A DNA stretch of 64,000 nt, taken from contig OX597820.1 in assembly GCA_951406725.2 (NCBI GenBank), positions 84,940,001 through 85,004,000 of the forward strand, written 5' to 3'. The notes under the pieces are model-generated. The model was not told the DNA's origin. It saw nothing but the letters and a program-made list of their open reading frames with translations, and made no database searches. A program made the translations under genes and the position numbers. This stretch comes from Octopus vulgaris. Lineage: Eukaryota. Below, one piece after another: positions 1 to 13,703 of the stretch (the first letter of the stretch is position 1; each line of letters begins with the position of its first letter).

Positions 1-67
1 ATACGTGCATGTTATATATACACATACAGAAGCATATACATACATACATATATACATACATACATAA

Positions 68-112
<45 letters not shown>

Positions 113-1200
113 AAGAAAAAGAGACAAAGAAACGATGAGGGACGTGTGCTACGTACAGAGAGATATCTATATATGTATCTTGGTGTGTCTATGTTTGGAA
201 GAATGTGCGTGTTCAAGTGATTGAATGGTTGTTTCTGTCGTTATTCTTATCAACTTTTCGACCTCTCATTGCAGTTTCGCCTCTGTTGTCTATCTTACCA
301 GTATTTACGATATAGTTTAGAGAAACTTTCAATGGTATTAAAAGACATATAACAGTGAAATTAATATAAAATTTGATTGAAGAGAACATAGGGATTACTC
401 GGCTTTATACATCTCATTTAACTCATTTTCCTTTTTATGTTTCTGCCTTTCTTGCAGCTGCTTACGTTTCATGGTTTTCTGAATCCAGTGATTTTTATGT
501 TTGTTTTATTTGCTTTATTTCATTTGATTTGATTCGTTTTTACTCATTCATTCAATCTTTATTCGATGCTATCTATTTTACTTGTTCGTGTCTTTCATTA
601 AGCTACGTCTTTCTTACTGCTTTCCCTCACTTTTGTTATCTAACAAATCTTTCTCTCTCTCTCTATTTTTTTTAAATTTAAATCTCGCATTAACATGAAT
701 AATACTTATTTCAAAGCTTTTATGAATACTCACCATTTTTGTTCAATGTCAAGAAAACAAAGACAGAAACAGCAACACCAGTATGGCATTTTGTATTGAG
801 AATGATTACACACAGAGACGAAAAAAGAAAAAGAAAGCAACAACAACAAAAAGCAACAACAACAACAACAACAACAATAATAATGATGATGATAATAATA
901 ATAATATTAATAATAATAATAATAATAATATCAATTTGATATTTTTGATGCATATCCGATGGGTTTTTTTTGTGCATTATATTTTTTTAGTTACTAAATA
1001 AAATTATTTTGTATATATATATACTTTTCTTTTCATTCTGCAATAAATGAAGAATGAATACATGAATCCATTATCAAAAGGTACCATATTTAAAAACAGG
1101 AAATGATTGTAAAATTGTCTATTTGTCAAGAAGCTTTTAAAAGGAGAAGAAACCACACATACATACATACACACATGCTTGCTTACATACACACAAACCT

Positions 1201-1271
<71 letters not shown>

Positions 1272-1283
1272 TGCATATTACGT

Positions 1284-1323
<40 letters not shown>

Positions 1324-1646
1324 GTATATATATGTAAATGCGTATATTCATACATATTTATATATTCACATATGTACGTGAGTGTAGAAAATATGTCATG
1401 GTAGTTATGCATATGAAGATATACCTGTACACATTTCACTGTGCGCACTCTCGCTTGTATGTAGTATTTCTGTATGAGTTCATGTGACTGTAAGCGGATA
1501 TCTTTAAGTGCGTTTTTGAGTCACGGTCTCTTTCTTTGCGCATACAAGTTCATACACATACGCACACACACAGATGCACACAATTATACATATACGCACA
1601 CATACATACATACATACATACACATATATACATACATACATACATA

Positions 1647-1748
<102 letters not shown>

Positions 1749-2514
1749 ATGATGTTAGAATAGCAATGCAGTTCTTATTTCTATATCAGTTCATGTTTCT
1801 GTTTCGCACTTTTCTTGTGCAGTTATTTCCTCTTCTTTTTTCTATTTTCAGTTATTTCACTTTGCTTTCGATTGTCACTTTTGTTCCCTTTCTTTGTTTA
1901 TTTCTTATACTGCCCTTGAGTAATCCACTATTTGAGCTGTTAAAAGCCGAAAATATAAGAGAATTCTGCTTCAGTAAGAACAAAAATAAACATACATAAG
2001 AAAATAAATTTAAGATTTCTATGCAACAAAACAGCATTTGTATTTTTAACATTCAAGTTATGTGAGAAAATTGCTTTCAGAAACTATTAAACGAAAGCTG
2101 TAGAAATAATAGAGCCCTTATTATTAGTTCTAACATTATTACTTTCAGTTCAAATCCCGATGGCTGCTGCTATATTTTCCGTCTTCCGGATATGATAAAA
2201 TGAGAAATGGGAACACATTCAGCTTGATCATCACTGTGTCTTTTCACATTACAACAGAATACTAAACTTTCGTTGAATAAGAAATCAATACTATGTTTAT
2301 TTTTAGTATTGCGTTATGCAAATGCGAGTGAGTGGTAAAGTCATTCACATCTCAACTGTTTGATTTCGTGTTCGAGTGTAATATACGAAGCGATGACCAT
2401 TTTGTTTCTTTAGATTCATATCGACAAATTGCATTTACATTGGAAATTAGCGATATAAATGTGTGAATAAGAAATACTTGTATGTAACTGGTGATGTAAG
2501 GATTTTTGCCTTTT

Positions 2515-2985
2515 TTCTTGTACTTGTTTCAGTCATTTGACTCCGGCCATGCTGGGGCACAGCCTAGAATTGTTTTAGTCGAATAAATGACCCAAATGGT
2601 TATTTTCTTTTCAGCCAAGTACTTATTATATAGGTCTCTTTTACCGAACCGCTAGGTTACGGGGACGTAAACACACCAGCACCGGTGGTCAAGCATTGAT
2701 GGGGACAGCAAAGACACACGGACACGAACACAGACATACGTACATACACACACACAAGTACACCTACGCACACACACGCACATATACGCACATGCAAACA
2801 CAGACGTACACCAGTATATATATATATTCAGTTTCCGTCTACAAAACCCTCTTATAAGGCTTTAGTCGGCCCATCGCTATAATGGAAGACAATTGCCCAA
2901 GGTGTTACACAGTGAAGTTGAATCCAGAACCACGTGGTCGGGAAGCAATTTTCTCACTACATAGCGTAGCCACGCCTGCGCCTAT
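2515..2985 (-). mobile_element. tRNA-derived SINE, family A
   Basis: Minus strand starts GGCGCAGGCGTGGCT with degenerate A/B boxes, has ACCTTGGGCAA centrally and an internal (TG)n tract, and ends GCCCCAGCATGGCCGGAGTCAAATGACTGAAACAAGTA. Homologous to 25300-25634 and 48898-49290. Confidence 0.8.
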
Positions 2986-4669
2986 ATAGGTAGTATTTTT
3001 GCTGAAAAATTGTCCCAGTTGGATTCCTACTTCACCGGACAAGCGGATTCGTGATGGCAAGGTTTTGATTTGCTTTGTTTTTCCCCGCCTGTTTTTGAAA
3101 TCTGAGAAGAGCAGTCGAAATAGAAAAAGAGTGTGAGTTCTTCGTAAAATAAATAGATGTCCCTAAAAACGATATATCAGTATATTTGATATATTTCGGG
3201 CATGTATTTCTATTTCTTGCTTAATTAATGTGTGGAAAGGGTATTTCTAATGATTGAGATGATATGTATACAAACATTAATGAAAATGTTGAATAGAACA
3301 ACAGACGGAGAGAAGAGAGAAATTAGAATAATTCTTAAAGGGCTCTCCGTTAATGTTTGTGTAGGCCTCATATAGATGTGCATGGAAACGTATTTTATAA
3401 TTCATTGAACTATGTTTTTCGTAAAAGACTTGTATTGATGACGATCAATATCAGTCATATGATTCTAATATTTGCGATATCAGTGCACTTTATATATACA
3501 CTTTAGTTGCCGTATATTTTTACAAGTAGAGCGGATGATGTTTTATTAATATCAACAGTGGTAAATAGTAGTCGGGCATCATTAATAACTGCTTTAAGCA
3601 ATGGTTTAGTAGCTACCTAACACATTGCCTTGTGAATTACATCGTTGGATATTGGACATTGTGTGTGTCATGTGTAAGAATAATCACATAATATACGGCT
3701 TCTTACCACATTGTCTCTATCTGGGAGTAGAGCACGAACCAGATCCCTGGCGTCGTAACCTCACCTGCTGCGCGTCTTTAAAATCTGACGCTCAAGCATA
3801 ATCTTGAGCGTAGACCTCAAGCAATGTAAATGTTATGTTTTTAATACAGCATGGTATAATAATTTGCGGGTGTCATCAATTTCAATTTGTCAAGTGCTTG
3901 TAATCTGTACATTATAGTCAAATGAACGTCAAATAGAATGACTCGTTTTGTGGGAAACGGCCCACTGCTACCGGTGTAGCAGAGAGAAATACTAGAAGGA
4001 AATATATACACTGAGATATGAGAGGACGATTCTAGTGAGAGGAACATATAAAAGAACCAGGCTTATATCATCTGTAGATGATCAACCTACAGGATTTTAG
4101 ACCGGTGTGAGCGAATTTTTCAAGGTACTTCACCCAAATATTTCTGTGTACATTAGGAACACCGATAGTAGACGCTACTCCTTATCATCAGAATCTGTCT
4201 CGCTTCTTGGAAAATATGTAGATTTGCGAGAAACATGTTAGAGAAAGAGATACAGGCGGATACTTTTGTCTTTTCATCACTTGTGTGCGTATCCATCTCC
4301 CCCACCTCGCCCTCCACGTCCCTCGTCCACTTCCTCGTTCTCCTCCTCTTTCTTCTTTGCTCTCCAGGTCCCTCTGCTCCTCTTGATGTTATTCTTCTTC
4401 TTCGGCTGTCCATCGCTGCTCCGATGTTGGCTGGTCTTGTTCAATAATCATCTCTGTTAGGCGCGCATGTAGACTACAAGACATACACCTGATCTGCATC
4501 AGCGATAACATCTGCTCCAAATGAAGTTTTATGACGTAGCAGAGAACTGACACATCTCATGTATTCTTTCGTATTCTCCCTGTTGTTTCTCCTCGATGAC
4601 TAGAATTACAAGCTTCAGTGATCGGCGCTATTTATTACGGCGCAGGCGTCCTCCTTCCATGAGTTAAAG

Positions 4670-5060
4670 GAGATAACAATTTTTTTCATAAGTCTCTTCA
4701 GCACATCCCTGCATCACAATCTCTGGCCACCACTGCTCCATCTGCCTGGACGCAGATCAGCATTGAAGACTACCTTTGGAAGTCTTCCGCACTTCCTCCT
4801 GCAAACATGTCTTGCTCAGCGCAGGACCTCTACATCAGGAATGCAATGCTGCCATGTGATACGCAAGGAGCGCAGATGACGAATTTGGGCTTGCATTGAG
4901 ACCTTGGTATGCCTGCGGTAGCGGGCCGTTCATTCCGTGGCGTAGAGAAGCAAGTGAGCAGTGCGCCACTGTAACCCTTTTTATTAGTGTTGCTGGTAAT
5001 GTCATAGATGCTTCGTGATGGAGCCAACAGCTTTTGCAGCAGACTATAATACTTGCATGT
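4670..5060 (-). mobile_element. RTE-like LINE fragment (region C-terminal to RT, decayed)
   Basis: Minus-strand pieces translate ITWQHCIPDVEVLR and LPKVVFNADLRPGRWSSGGQRL..RDVLKRLMKK. Shares tctcttcagcacatc and ctctggccaccac with 31980-32300. Confidence 0.65.
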
Positions 5061-6316
5061 ACCCTATGACGTATCCAAAGGGCAGGTTCATCTGTCAGAA
5101 CCTTTAATGGTCTAAATTTGACTGCGTCACAAAAGAAAAATTTCGGTTTTTCAATAATATTATGCACTATGTTTATTTTCTTTAAAGTAAAAACAATGAT
5201 TTCTCTGTATAAACTACGTTTGGAATGAACTTTCATTTGTGGCACATTGGAAATAAAATAAAGTCGAGTGAAGTAAAAGTTTAGTTGCAGACATATTTTG
5301 GGGGTTAATTTATCAACAGTAAATTCCATTATCGTGCATTCGAACAAAGAACGGTGAGAAGTACTGTCATCATAAACAGAAGGATATGCTGCAGCAACAA
5401 CATTATAAAGTCACCACTGCTATCCCCTTCTTACTTAAGACTATAGTTTTCGCCACCATCGCCATTTTTTCATCATCACACACTTTTCATCTGCTATTTC
5501 ATTCACATTTTCTCTGCTTTATTCATATACGAGTGAGTTTATGTATGTATGCGAGTCTTTTAATAAGTGAGTGTGAATGTTTTCCCCATGAAATTCCCAC
5601 ATGTGGATATCAAGTATAAACGCCATTATTTCATTGACGCTAGTTCGATAAGATGTAATCTTCTATATATCGCTTTGCAGTATTTTATACAATACTTGCT
5701 TTATTTTCTTCAAGTTATATTGCACCTATTTTTGTTTAACGTGTTTATCCCTTGCCGTTTGCTTATCAAGAGTGAGAAATGAAAGATGTTAGCGTTCTAT
5801 TATTTTAAAAGTTCAAAGTACTACATAGAGCCGCTTTTTTTCTCATCGCTTGTTATATTATTTGCACTACATAGAGTGATATAGTATCTTATGTGTAAAT
5901 CAATTCGACAGATTATACATAGTACTAGACATAAATACAACCTTCACATGATATCGTCATGTTCTCAGGTGTATGACGTATTCTGTTGAAGTGCTGTTAT
6001 CTTACGTTTTGACCATGCGTCGTATTTACCATATTTATTTCAATGACTAATAATGTAATACCATTTTTGTTTGCACCTTTTTTTGGCCAGGAATTCCAGT
6101 TGATAAAATTACAGAGAAATATCTTTCAGATCACAACCAAATGTCTAAAAATATGTACCGTTAATGTGTGCATTTGATTCAGTTACTATGGGCCCAAAAA
6201 TGGAGCTGGATTACTATTGTTGATAAATACGCTTAATCTGGACTGACAAAGCGGAAGGGAAGCAAGGAAATATCTCTGTATTTCTCTCCCTTTCTCTCTC
6301 TCTCTCTAACTGTCTG

Positions 6317-6363
<47 letters not shown>

Positions 6364-6599
6364 ATCTTTAAAATAACGCTTGGGAGCTTAAATATACAGT
6401 TTAAGTTCGGATAAATCTTTTGGGAAAAGCTCTATTTCGGGTTTGAACGTAATGCACAGCATACTGCAGGATTCTCCTCTAATGCATCTTTGGATTGAAC
6501 AATAATTCATGTATGTATTTTGATAGCAGAAAACTGGATCGAAACACAGAATTGCCCTAGGAAATGTCATTTTATGATGTTTGATATTGCAGTCATTCT

Positions 6600-7060
6600 T
6601 TGGACACCATGCGCATTCGAGAACGACCGCCACATAAACCAAAAAAGAGGTAAGACTTCCTCGAGAGATGCTAGCATCTCTCCTGACACATGGGAGGGCA
6701 TAGCCATTCACCGTAGCAAGTGGAGGAGGAGTATGCAAGAGGGGACGGCGACTTTTGAGAAATATCGATTTACGCATGAGAAAGTGTGGAGGGATGTCAA
6801 GAAGGGCATCGCTGTTGCACTTACAGACGGTAAATGTCTTCCTATGACGCTGACATACAGTGTCTGTGCAAGACCCAGCCTCAGTAAAGCTGGACTCAAG
6901 ATTCATCGTCGTAGTCATAAAGTGTGACCGATGATTGACTACCAGGCTGCTGGTGATGATGCTACACACCATACTAATCATATCTGTCAGGCATGTGGAA
7001 GGGAGTGTGATTCGGCGGGAGAAATTAAACGACATCAAGCCCAATTACACTACAGCCGGC
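6600..7060 (+). mobile_element. RTE-like LINE 3' end with C2H2 zinc-finger remnants
   Basis: ORF 6520-6927 has ISPDTWEGIAIHRSKWRRSMQEG and CARPSLSKAGLKIHRRSH. ORF 6931-7116 has HICQACGRECDSAGEIKRHQAQLH. Confidence 0.7.
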
Positions 7061-7619
7061 TATTACCAGTAAAGGTTTTAGCTGAAAATTCTGTACAAAA
7101 CATTGTAGATCTATAGGTGGGCTAAAATGTCGCATTCAATCACAGTACCGTTAAAAGCTAAGCCTCGTGCAATGGCCAAACTCGATAACCAGGGGACAGC
7201 CATCATATATGTAAGTACGTATGTATGTATGTATGTATGTATGTATATATGTTTGTACGTATGCATATAACTACATGACAGAAGTCTGGTAGTTGTAGCT
7301 GAAGTTGTCCTTTCTGAGGAAAGTCAACTCAGAAATGGTGCTCCCCAAGGAATTGTTCTGGGGCCGTGACTGCTTATAATAGCACATGGTAACTCGGGCA
7401 GCTACAGATAATATGAAATCAAGATGATGTCGCATGCTTACACAGTGAAATAAATGTAGTATACAAGTGCGCTGAAGTAAGAAACACACAGTTTAATACT
7501 GGAACATTTCAAGTAGTGCACAAACAATTCACTGACGATCAGAAGGCATTGCAAACTCAGAATCACAGGCAGTGAAACTTTCGGAGATCAGTATGTGCAA
7601 TTATGCGTTATTTCATATG

Positions 7620-8310
7620 AACATTGCCAATATGGCAATAAACTTCAAACATCTGTTAGGGTGGATACTAAGGTCTCTCTAGAGAAGAAACTAAAAAACT
7701 ACATAGAATTTATGGAGGACTTTTATTCTCAGCCCCCTGGACTACTGCTCCTAGTTATAGTCACCACATAGTGGCAAACTAGCAGCGAAGCTTGAGGCAG
7801 GCGAACGCCACTACCTTTAAAATATCGAAACAGTGCAGCGGGTGGGCTATAGGGTGAGGCTGAAAAAACTGCAACTTTACTCTCTGGTGCTACGTTGCAA
7901 CAGATATGTAATAATCTACATATGGAAAACTCTAGAAGTGCTAGTACCTAACTTCAGCATTGAGTGCAATACAAAGGCCAAAGCTGGACGCCATTGCATT
8001 GCACCAGAGGTGCCATCCACCTGCTCTGCCAGATAAGATTTAAAATCTGCATAAGGTGGAAGTAGTTGTCTTCAAAAAGGAACTTCCTATCCTCCTGTCC
8101 ACAATACCGGATGAACCAACGGCCTGACATAAAGTATAGGCAAGGGACGCGGAATCATACTCCCTTATACACCTTTGGTCAACAACAGGGAGAAAGGCAG
8201 ATACAAGAATGGTGGTATGAAACACCTCAGTCTGAGGAAATCAGCAAAACTACGGAGGTGCTGCAGCATGACCGCAGCCGCATGGCTGAAATGATTAAAG
8301 GAGTAAAAGT
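7620..8310 (+). mobile_element. CR1/L2-group LINE 3' fragment with 3' tail
   Basis: LDYCS*L*SP near 7738, then YRVRLKKLQLYSL..NRYVIIYIWKTLEVLVPN (ORF 7833-8036). The tail at 8250-8310 resembles the SINE family A tail. Confidence 0.7.
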
Positions 8311-8317
8311 GTAATAT

Positions 8318-9060
8318 GCAGGGTGCGATGAGTAAACTATCACCAATTCATATTTTAATCTCGCACGTGCACTTGTTTGATTATTTTCTTGTAATTACAC
8401 AGTATAGTAGAGTCAGTTTGGTACCGCCTATGAGAAAAACAATACCATGACGCAATTGACTCAGCGAGACATTTGGAAACGACATGCTGTACTGTTTGAT
8501 ATTCGCGCCGAAAGTTCCAATGCGAACATTTCAGGGTGCTCGGGTGTGAATCTGAAAACTGTGCAATATGAGGATATATAGTGATGCCGATGATATGCCT
8601 CCATTCATCTTCCCGCACAGCTTCACACTCAATATGAAGGCCTATATCAAGTGCCTGGAGGAGGTGATGCTGCTCTGAGTGAAGAGGGTGGCTGCTGAAA
8701 GTCCCTATGTCCTGCAACAGGACTCTGCACCATACCACACAAGTAGGAGAACCCAGTCATGGCGGTCAGGCAATTTCTGCCATCACATCGCCCCTAACAT
8801 CCGACCAGATAACTCACCAGGCTGCAACCTCCTTGATTATTAAGTGTAGAGCGAGAGACCAACTAAACACATTGTATCACTAAAGATGAACCGAAAGCAA
8901 GGATTATCGCAGCACTCACCGACTTAAACAAGGAGAACATCCAAAAGAGATTCCGAAGTCATCTGGAGACCGTGGTTGAAGCGAATGGTGATTTTATTGA
9001 ATAAATGTACTCTTTAGTATTTCAAAATATTTATATGTAATTTTGGTAAATATACCTGTT
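8318..9060 (+). mobile_element. Tc1/mariner-superfamily transposon remnant
   Basis: Starts CAGGGTG. Translation near 8707-8850 is YVLQQDSAPYHTSRRTQSW...PNIRPDNSPGCNLLDY (cf. WPPNSPDLNPLDY), ending EANGDFIE*. Confidence 0.75.
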
Positions 9061-9063
9061 AAA

Positions 9064-9109
<46 letters not shown>

Positions 9110-9174
9110 GAGTAAGCTCATAAATGCGAAACAAGGTAGAAAAATGAGTACTCAAATGCCAGAAGTAGAGTGAT

Positions 9175-9328
9175 GTACTTTATTAAAAAGCAGTAGGAAT
9201 ATTACAAAAAAACTGTTACTCGGAGATTCACGTTCCCTTACCGTTCGTCTGTCGGTTTTTGATGAACGGGAACGTAAAACACTAAGTAACATTTATTTTA
9301 TACATCTGCTGATTTTGAATAAAATGTA
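9175..9328. repeat. Imperfect inverted repeat with two decayed hammerhead motifs, between (TA)n tracts
   Basis: Left tgttactcggagattcacgttccc is the reverse complement of right gggaacgtaaaacactaagtaaca. Right arm reads TTGATGA ACG ggaa CGT AAAA. Confidence 0.55.
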
Positions 9329-9383
9329 TACACACACACACACATATAAATATATATACATATTTATATATATGTACATGTAC

Positions 9384-9432
<49 letters not shown>

Positions 9433-9556
9433 AAGAATTCCAACTTGTCTGATTTTCACGTTTTATTTACAATCTTATAATGATATATTATAAGATAATA
9501 TATTATAATTGAATAAAATAAAATGAAATAGTAGAATGTTAAATATTCATTCTGAT

Positions 9557-9601
9557 TGAACTAGTACTTTCATGCATTGAATTCTGCAATCTTCGGGTTC
9601 A
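9557..9601 (-). ncRNA. Minimal type I hammerhead ribozyme motif (U4C variant)
   Basis: TGAAC CCGAAGA T TGCA gaattcaa TGCA T GAAA GTAC TA GTTCA. Helix I TGAAC/GTTCA, helix II TGCA/TGCA, palindromic helix III AGTACT. Confidence 0.7.
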
Positions 9602-9678
9602 TGTAGTAGTGTTGACAGTCATGCTTCACAATTTTTGACAGTCAAAAATTGTGAAGCATGACTGTCAACACTACTACA

Positions 9679-9723
9679 TGAACACGAAGATTGCAGAATT
9701 CAATGCATGAAAGTACTAGTTCA
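9679..9723 (+). ncRNA. Mirror hammerhead motif with C3A mutation
   Basis: TGAAC ACGAAGA TTGCA gaattcaa TGCAT GAAA GTAC TA GTTCA. Confidence 0.55.
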
Positions 9724-9892
9724 ATCAGAATGAATATTTAACATTCTACTATTTCATTTTATTTTATTCAATTATAATATATTATCTTATAATATATCAT
9801 TATAAGATTGTAAATAAAACGTGAAAATCAGACAAGGTTGGAATTATTTTTATTAATATATTCTTCTATACACAATCACACACACCCATATA

Positions 9893-9980
<88 letters not shown>

Positions 9981-10478
9981 GTATATATGCATACACGCAC
10001 ACATTCATATACACACATATATATATATATATATGTATGTATGTATTTATATACGTGTATGTGTGCGTGCTTGTATATATGTGCTAGTATATAAGTATAT
10101 GCAGGCAAATGTGGGTGCATATGTGTGTGGGTTGGTCGTTAAACATAGTCACTCTTAATATGTTGGCTTCTCAATCACCAGATCCAGGGATTGGCTTTAC
10201 AGCCTGAATTAGTGCGCAAATGCATTTTCACATATGCCCGTGTTTACTGAAGTACTGTGAAAGAACTAAGTTAGACGGAAACTCCTTAGAAACACGTCAG
10301 ATTAATCTCAATTCACTGGTAAAGGGTCGCCACACACTATTACGATGATTCAGCGTAATAATCGCGCTAAAAAGCACCTGTCAGTAGATGATCTAACAAA
10401 ATGGGCATTAATTAAATAAATAGGTAACAGAGTGCATTGAACAGCTGCATAAACAATAAAAAACTGACGATGGTATAT

Positions 10479-10573
<95 letters not shown>

Positions 10574-10783
10574 CACACATATATATATATAAGTGCATAT
10601 GTATATATGTGTGTATATATGCATGGGTGTATATATGGTACGAGCACGTACGTGTTGCGGCGTGCACAAATGTGTGGCCTTATTTAACGTTTGAAAATGC
10701 GAATCAGTGAAGCCTTCTAAGATATTTTGTGATAAAATATATGATACTCAAAGCAAGAAGCAACCAGTGAGGATGTTTATCAA

Positions 10784-10784
<1 letters not shown>

Positions 10785-10853
<69 letters not shown>

Positions 10854-10908
10854 AATAATAATAATTATAATAATAATAATAATAATAATATTAATATTAA
10901 TAATAATA
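10785..10908. repeat. (ATT)n followed by (AAT)n microsatellite (self-complementary)
   Basis: Seen directly. Confidence 0.9.
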
Positions 10909-13203
10909 TCAGTCTTCCAAATCATATCACCATTGTTTTGAGCAGACGCCTTTACATGGACATCTTTCAAAATGGAAGGAAATCCTAATAAATAAAGCAG
11001 CAATAGATATGATCCCTGCGCTTGGATTTCAACATGATTGTCTCATATATATGACACTCGTAATTGCATTGCAGTATGATATATCTTCTTTGTTGGAAAA
11101 CAATTTTTGTACCCTATTCACTTCTTCTATGCCGTCTATCCACGTATATTTATCATTCGTATATTTTCTTTGACATGTTCATTGTTTTCCTGTTTGCAAG
11201 GACATATTCAGTACATATCGCATTCTTCAGTGCAACCTTTATATCATTAACGTGCATATTTCTAGATTTTTTAATATTTATTTCTGGATTTGAAGGCGTC
11301 ATATCAATATAACTATTATTATCGTGCGGTCGTAATTTTTAATCTGAATTACTGTGGATAAATTTATGTATCGACATGTATGTATCTATGCATACGTGCA
11401 TACGTTCTGAGCAATATCAGTGCATGTGATCAAATACAAACACATAGATACAAAGAAAACACCTTAAAGTATTGAACAACATATGACAATTTCATTCACT
11501 CACATTCTACAAACCCAAAGCAGAAGAATGACACCATCACAATTCAGAAACCTATGTCACATATACAAAACACGTCATAACGAACGATATATTAAATACA
11601 CAATATTTAAAAAATATAAATCTTATCCACAACCCACTCTCACTCTATATACACGACTTCAAACACACCAAACGAAATTGCATTTGCAAAAGAAATAGCA
11701 AGAATCTACCTTGCTGTGAAATACCACTAACAAGTGCAATCTTCTCAATTAACTGCTTCATTTATTTTATTTTATTCTCATAAATAGATTTTATCAATGC
11801 TCCTTGAGAGTGATATTTATCAGTTGTTATTTCAACCCTTTACTCAAGTTTATTAGCTATCCTAATCATGTAGAACTGGTGCTAGCTCAGATAACGGTGT
11901 ATATTTATATCAACCGATGCCAAGCGCAAAGGAATCACAGAAATCAGACAGCTTAAATTTACGCCTACCGATTTAAATCATGTAGACCACGTTCGTAGAT
12001 TTACGTCAACCGTTTTAAAATGGTTAATATATATGCTTAATTTAATACCAAAAGACATATGAAAACTACACTCAAAAAGATCAATAATCTTTATTAATTC
12101 ATTTAAAAACTGAAATAGATTATTGGGTTAAATGATAAGGTTTGTTAGAATAGAAATGTATACTTTACAGACAAGGACATAACCATTCACACACAATAAT
12201 ACCAACATATACACCCTATTCATTCTATAATCAGAAATGTATACACATATCAGAAATTTTTACGCATATAATAAATAATAGCAAATACAACTACAGCACT
12301 GGGACACATAAAATGGTATATAATACTAGGTATTATCATATTCCACAACAGAGATGCATATCAAAATGATTAAAGAGAATTATATAGATAACGTAACGCT
12401 GGTTGTCAAAAGTTTCTTCTTTCAAATTCCAATACGAACTTTTGAGTTTAAGCTTACGCATTTCAAAGATTTGGAAATGCCTATTAATGAATTTATCACT
12501 GCACAATAGAATGCAAAATGCCTCTACTAAGCAACACTTACATAATTTTGAATATGCCTTCCATGGATATGTAATTCGCACTATTGAATATCTGTTGTTT
12601 TCGTAGACCTCTCATTGAAACTGCAGATCAGTCAGTGATGTACATTGTATTTTGCATATGCTCTTCAATGAGGCGATGTGACTTTGGCTGCGAAATATAT
12701 ATATATATGTGTGTATGTGTATGTGTGTGTGTGTGCGTGCGTGTGTGTATGTATGTATGTGCGTATGTATGTACGTATAATAAATCCGAGAAAATATGTC
12801 AATTCTTATATATATACACTCATGCAGTTTGCAAAAAATTAACAGTGACAAACGAAATATACATCGCCGGAAGTTCTTGCTGAAAAACAGCAGCAGTAAC
12901 TTTATTCAGCTGAATACACATCATTGTTCGGTTGAAATTACCGAAATACCAGAATTTTAACTTTTTAACGTAAATATAACTTTTTCTCAAAAATGTTAAA
13001 AGTAAAAGATGTTTTATATGGCACATTCTAATAGCGTCCGAAGTTTGAAAGTGTTTACCTACAAAAAATTATTTTTTAAATCTATACGTCAAAAGGTAAA
13101 GGTACTAGTACTGTATTCGTCCTGGGAGAAGCTCTCAGAGAGACACACGATGTTAAATGCAAACGTATATCAGTAGCAGACGGAAACCGTCTGGTATGCG
13201 CGC

Positions 13204-13275
<72 letters not shown>

Positions 13276-13365
13276 TAGAAAACAAACTGGGAGGATAGAG
13301 ACGGAACGAAGTGAAAATTCGAAAATCGAAAATTCAAACGAACCCGTCGCGAGCGCTGTCAGACA

Positions 13366-13667
13366 ATAGTGTAATAAATAAAAGATATGCATACATACAA
13401 ACATATATGTACGTACCGACATCTACATGTATATATACATGCATATATAAATTTTCTGTTGTACATAATGTTTTTCCCGTTTTCGTCCTGTTCCACGTCT
13501 CTGTCCTTCTGTTGTAACAAAATGGCTTTTCCGTTTTCGTTTCTGTTGAGTTATACGTCTTTTAGTGGTGTCCTGTACGTATATATATTTATATATGCAT
13601 GTATATATACATGTAGATGTCGGTATGTACATATATGTTTGTATGTATGCATATATTTTTTTTATTA

Positions 13668-13673
<6 letters not shown>
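13366..13673. repeat. Foldback element: 87 bp inverted arms around a 134 bp spacer
   Basis: 13366-13452 is the near-exact reverse complement of 13587-13673. The spacer has two imperfect ~50 bp direct repeats (ttctgttgta...cgttttcgt...acgtct). (TA)n tracts nearby. Confidence 0.85.

Positions 13674-13703
<30 letters not shown>

Larger units (their letters stand above)
9436..9845. repeat. Near-perfect ~410 bp palindrome flanked by (TA)n
   Basis: Arms of ~204 bp around a single A at 9640. Only one substitution and one 1-nt indel seen by eye. Confidence 0.95.
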
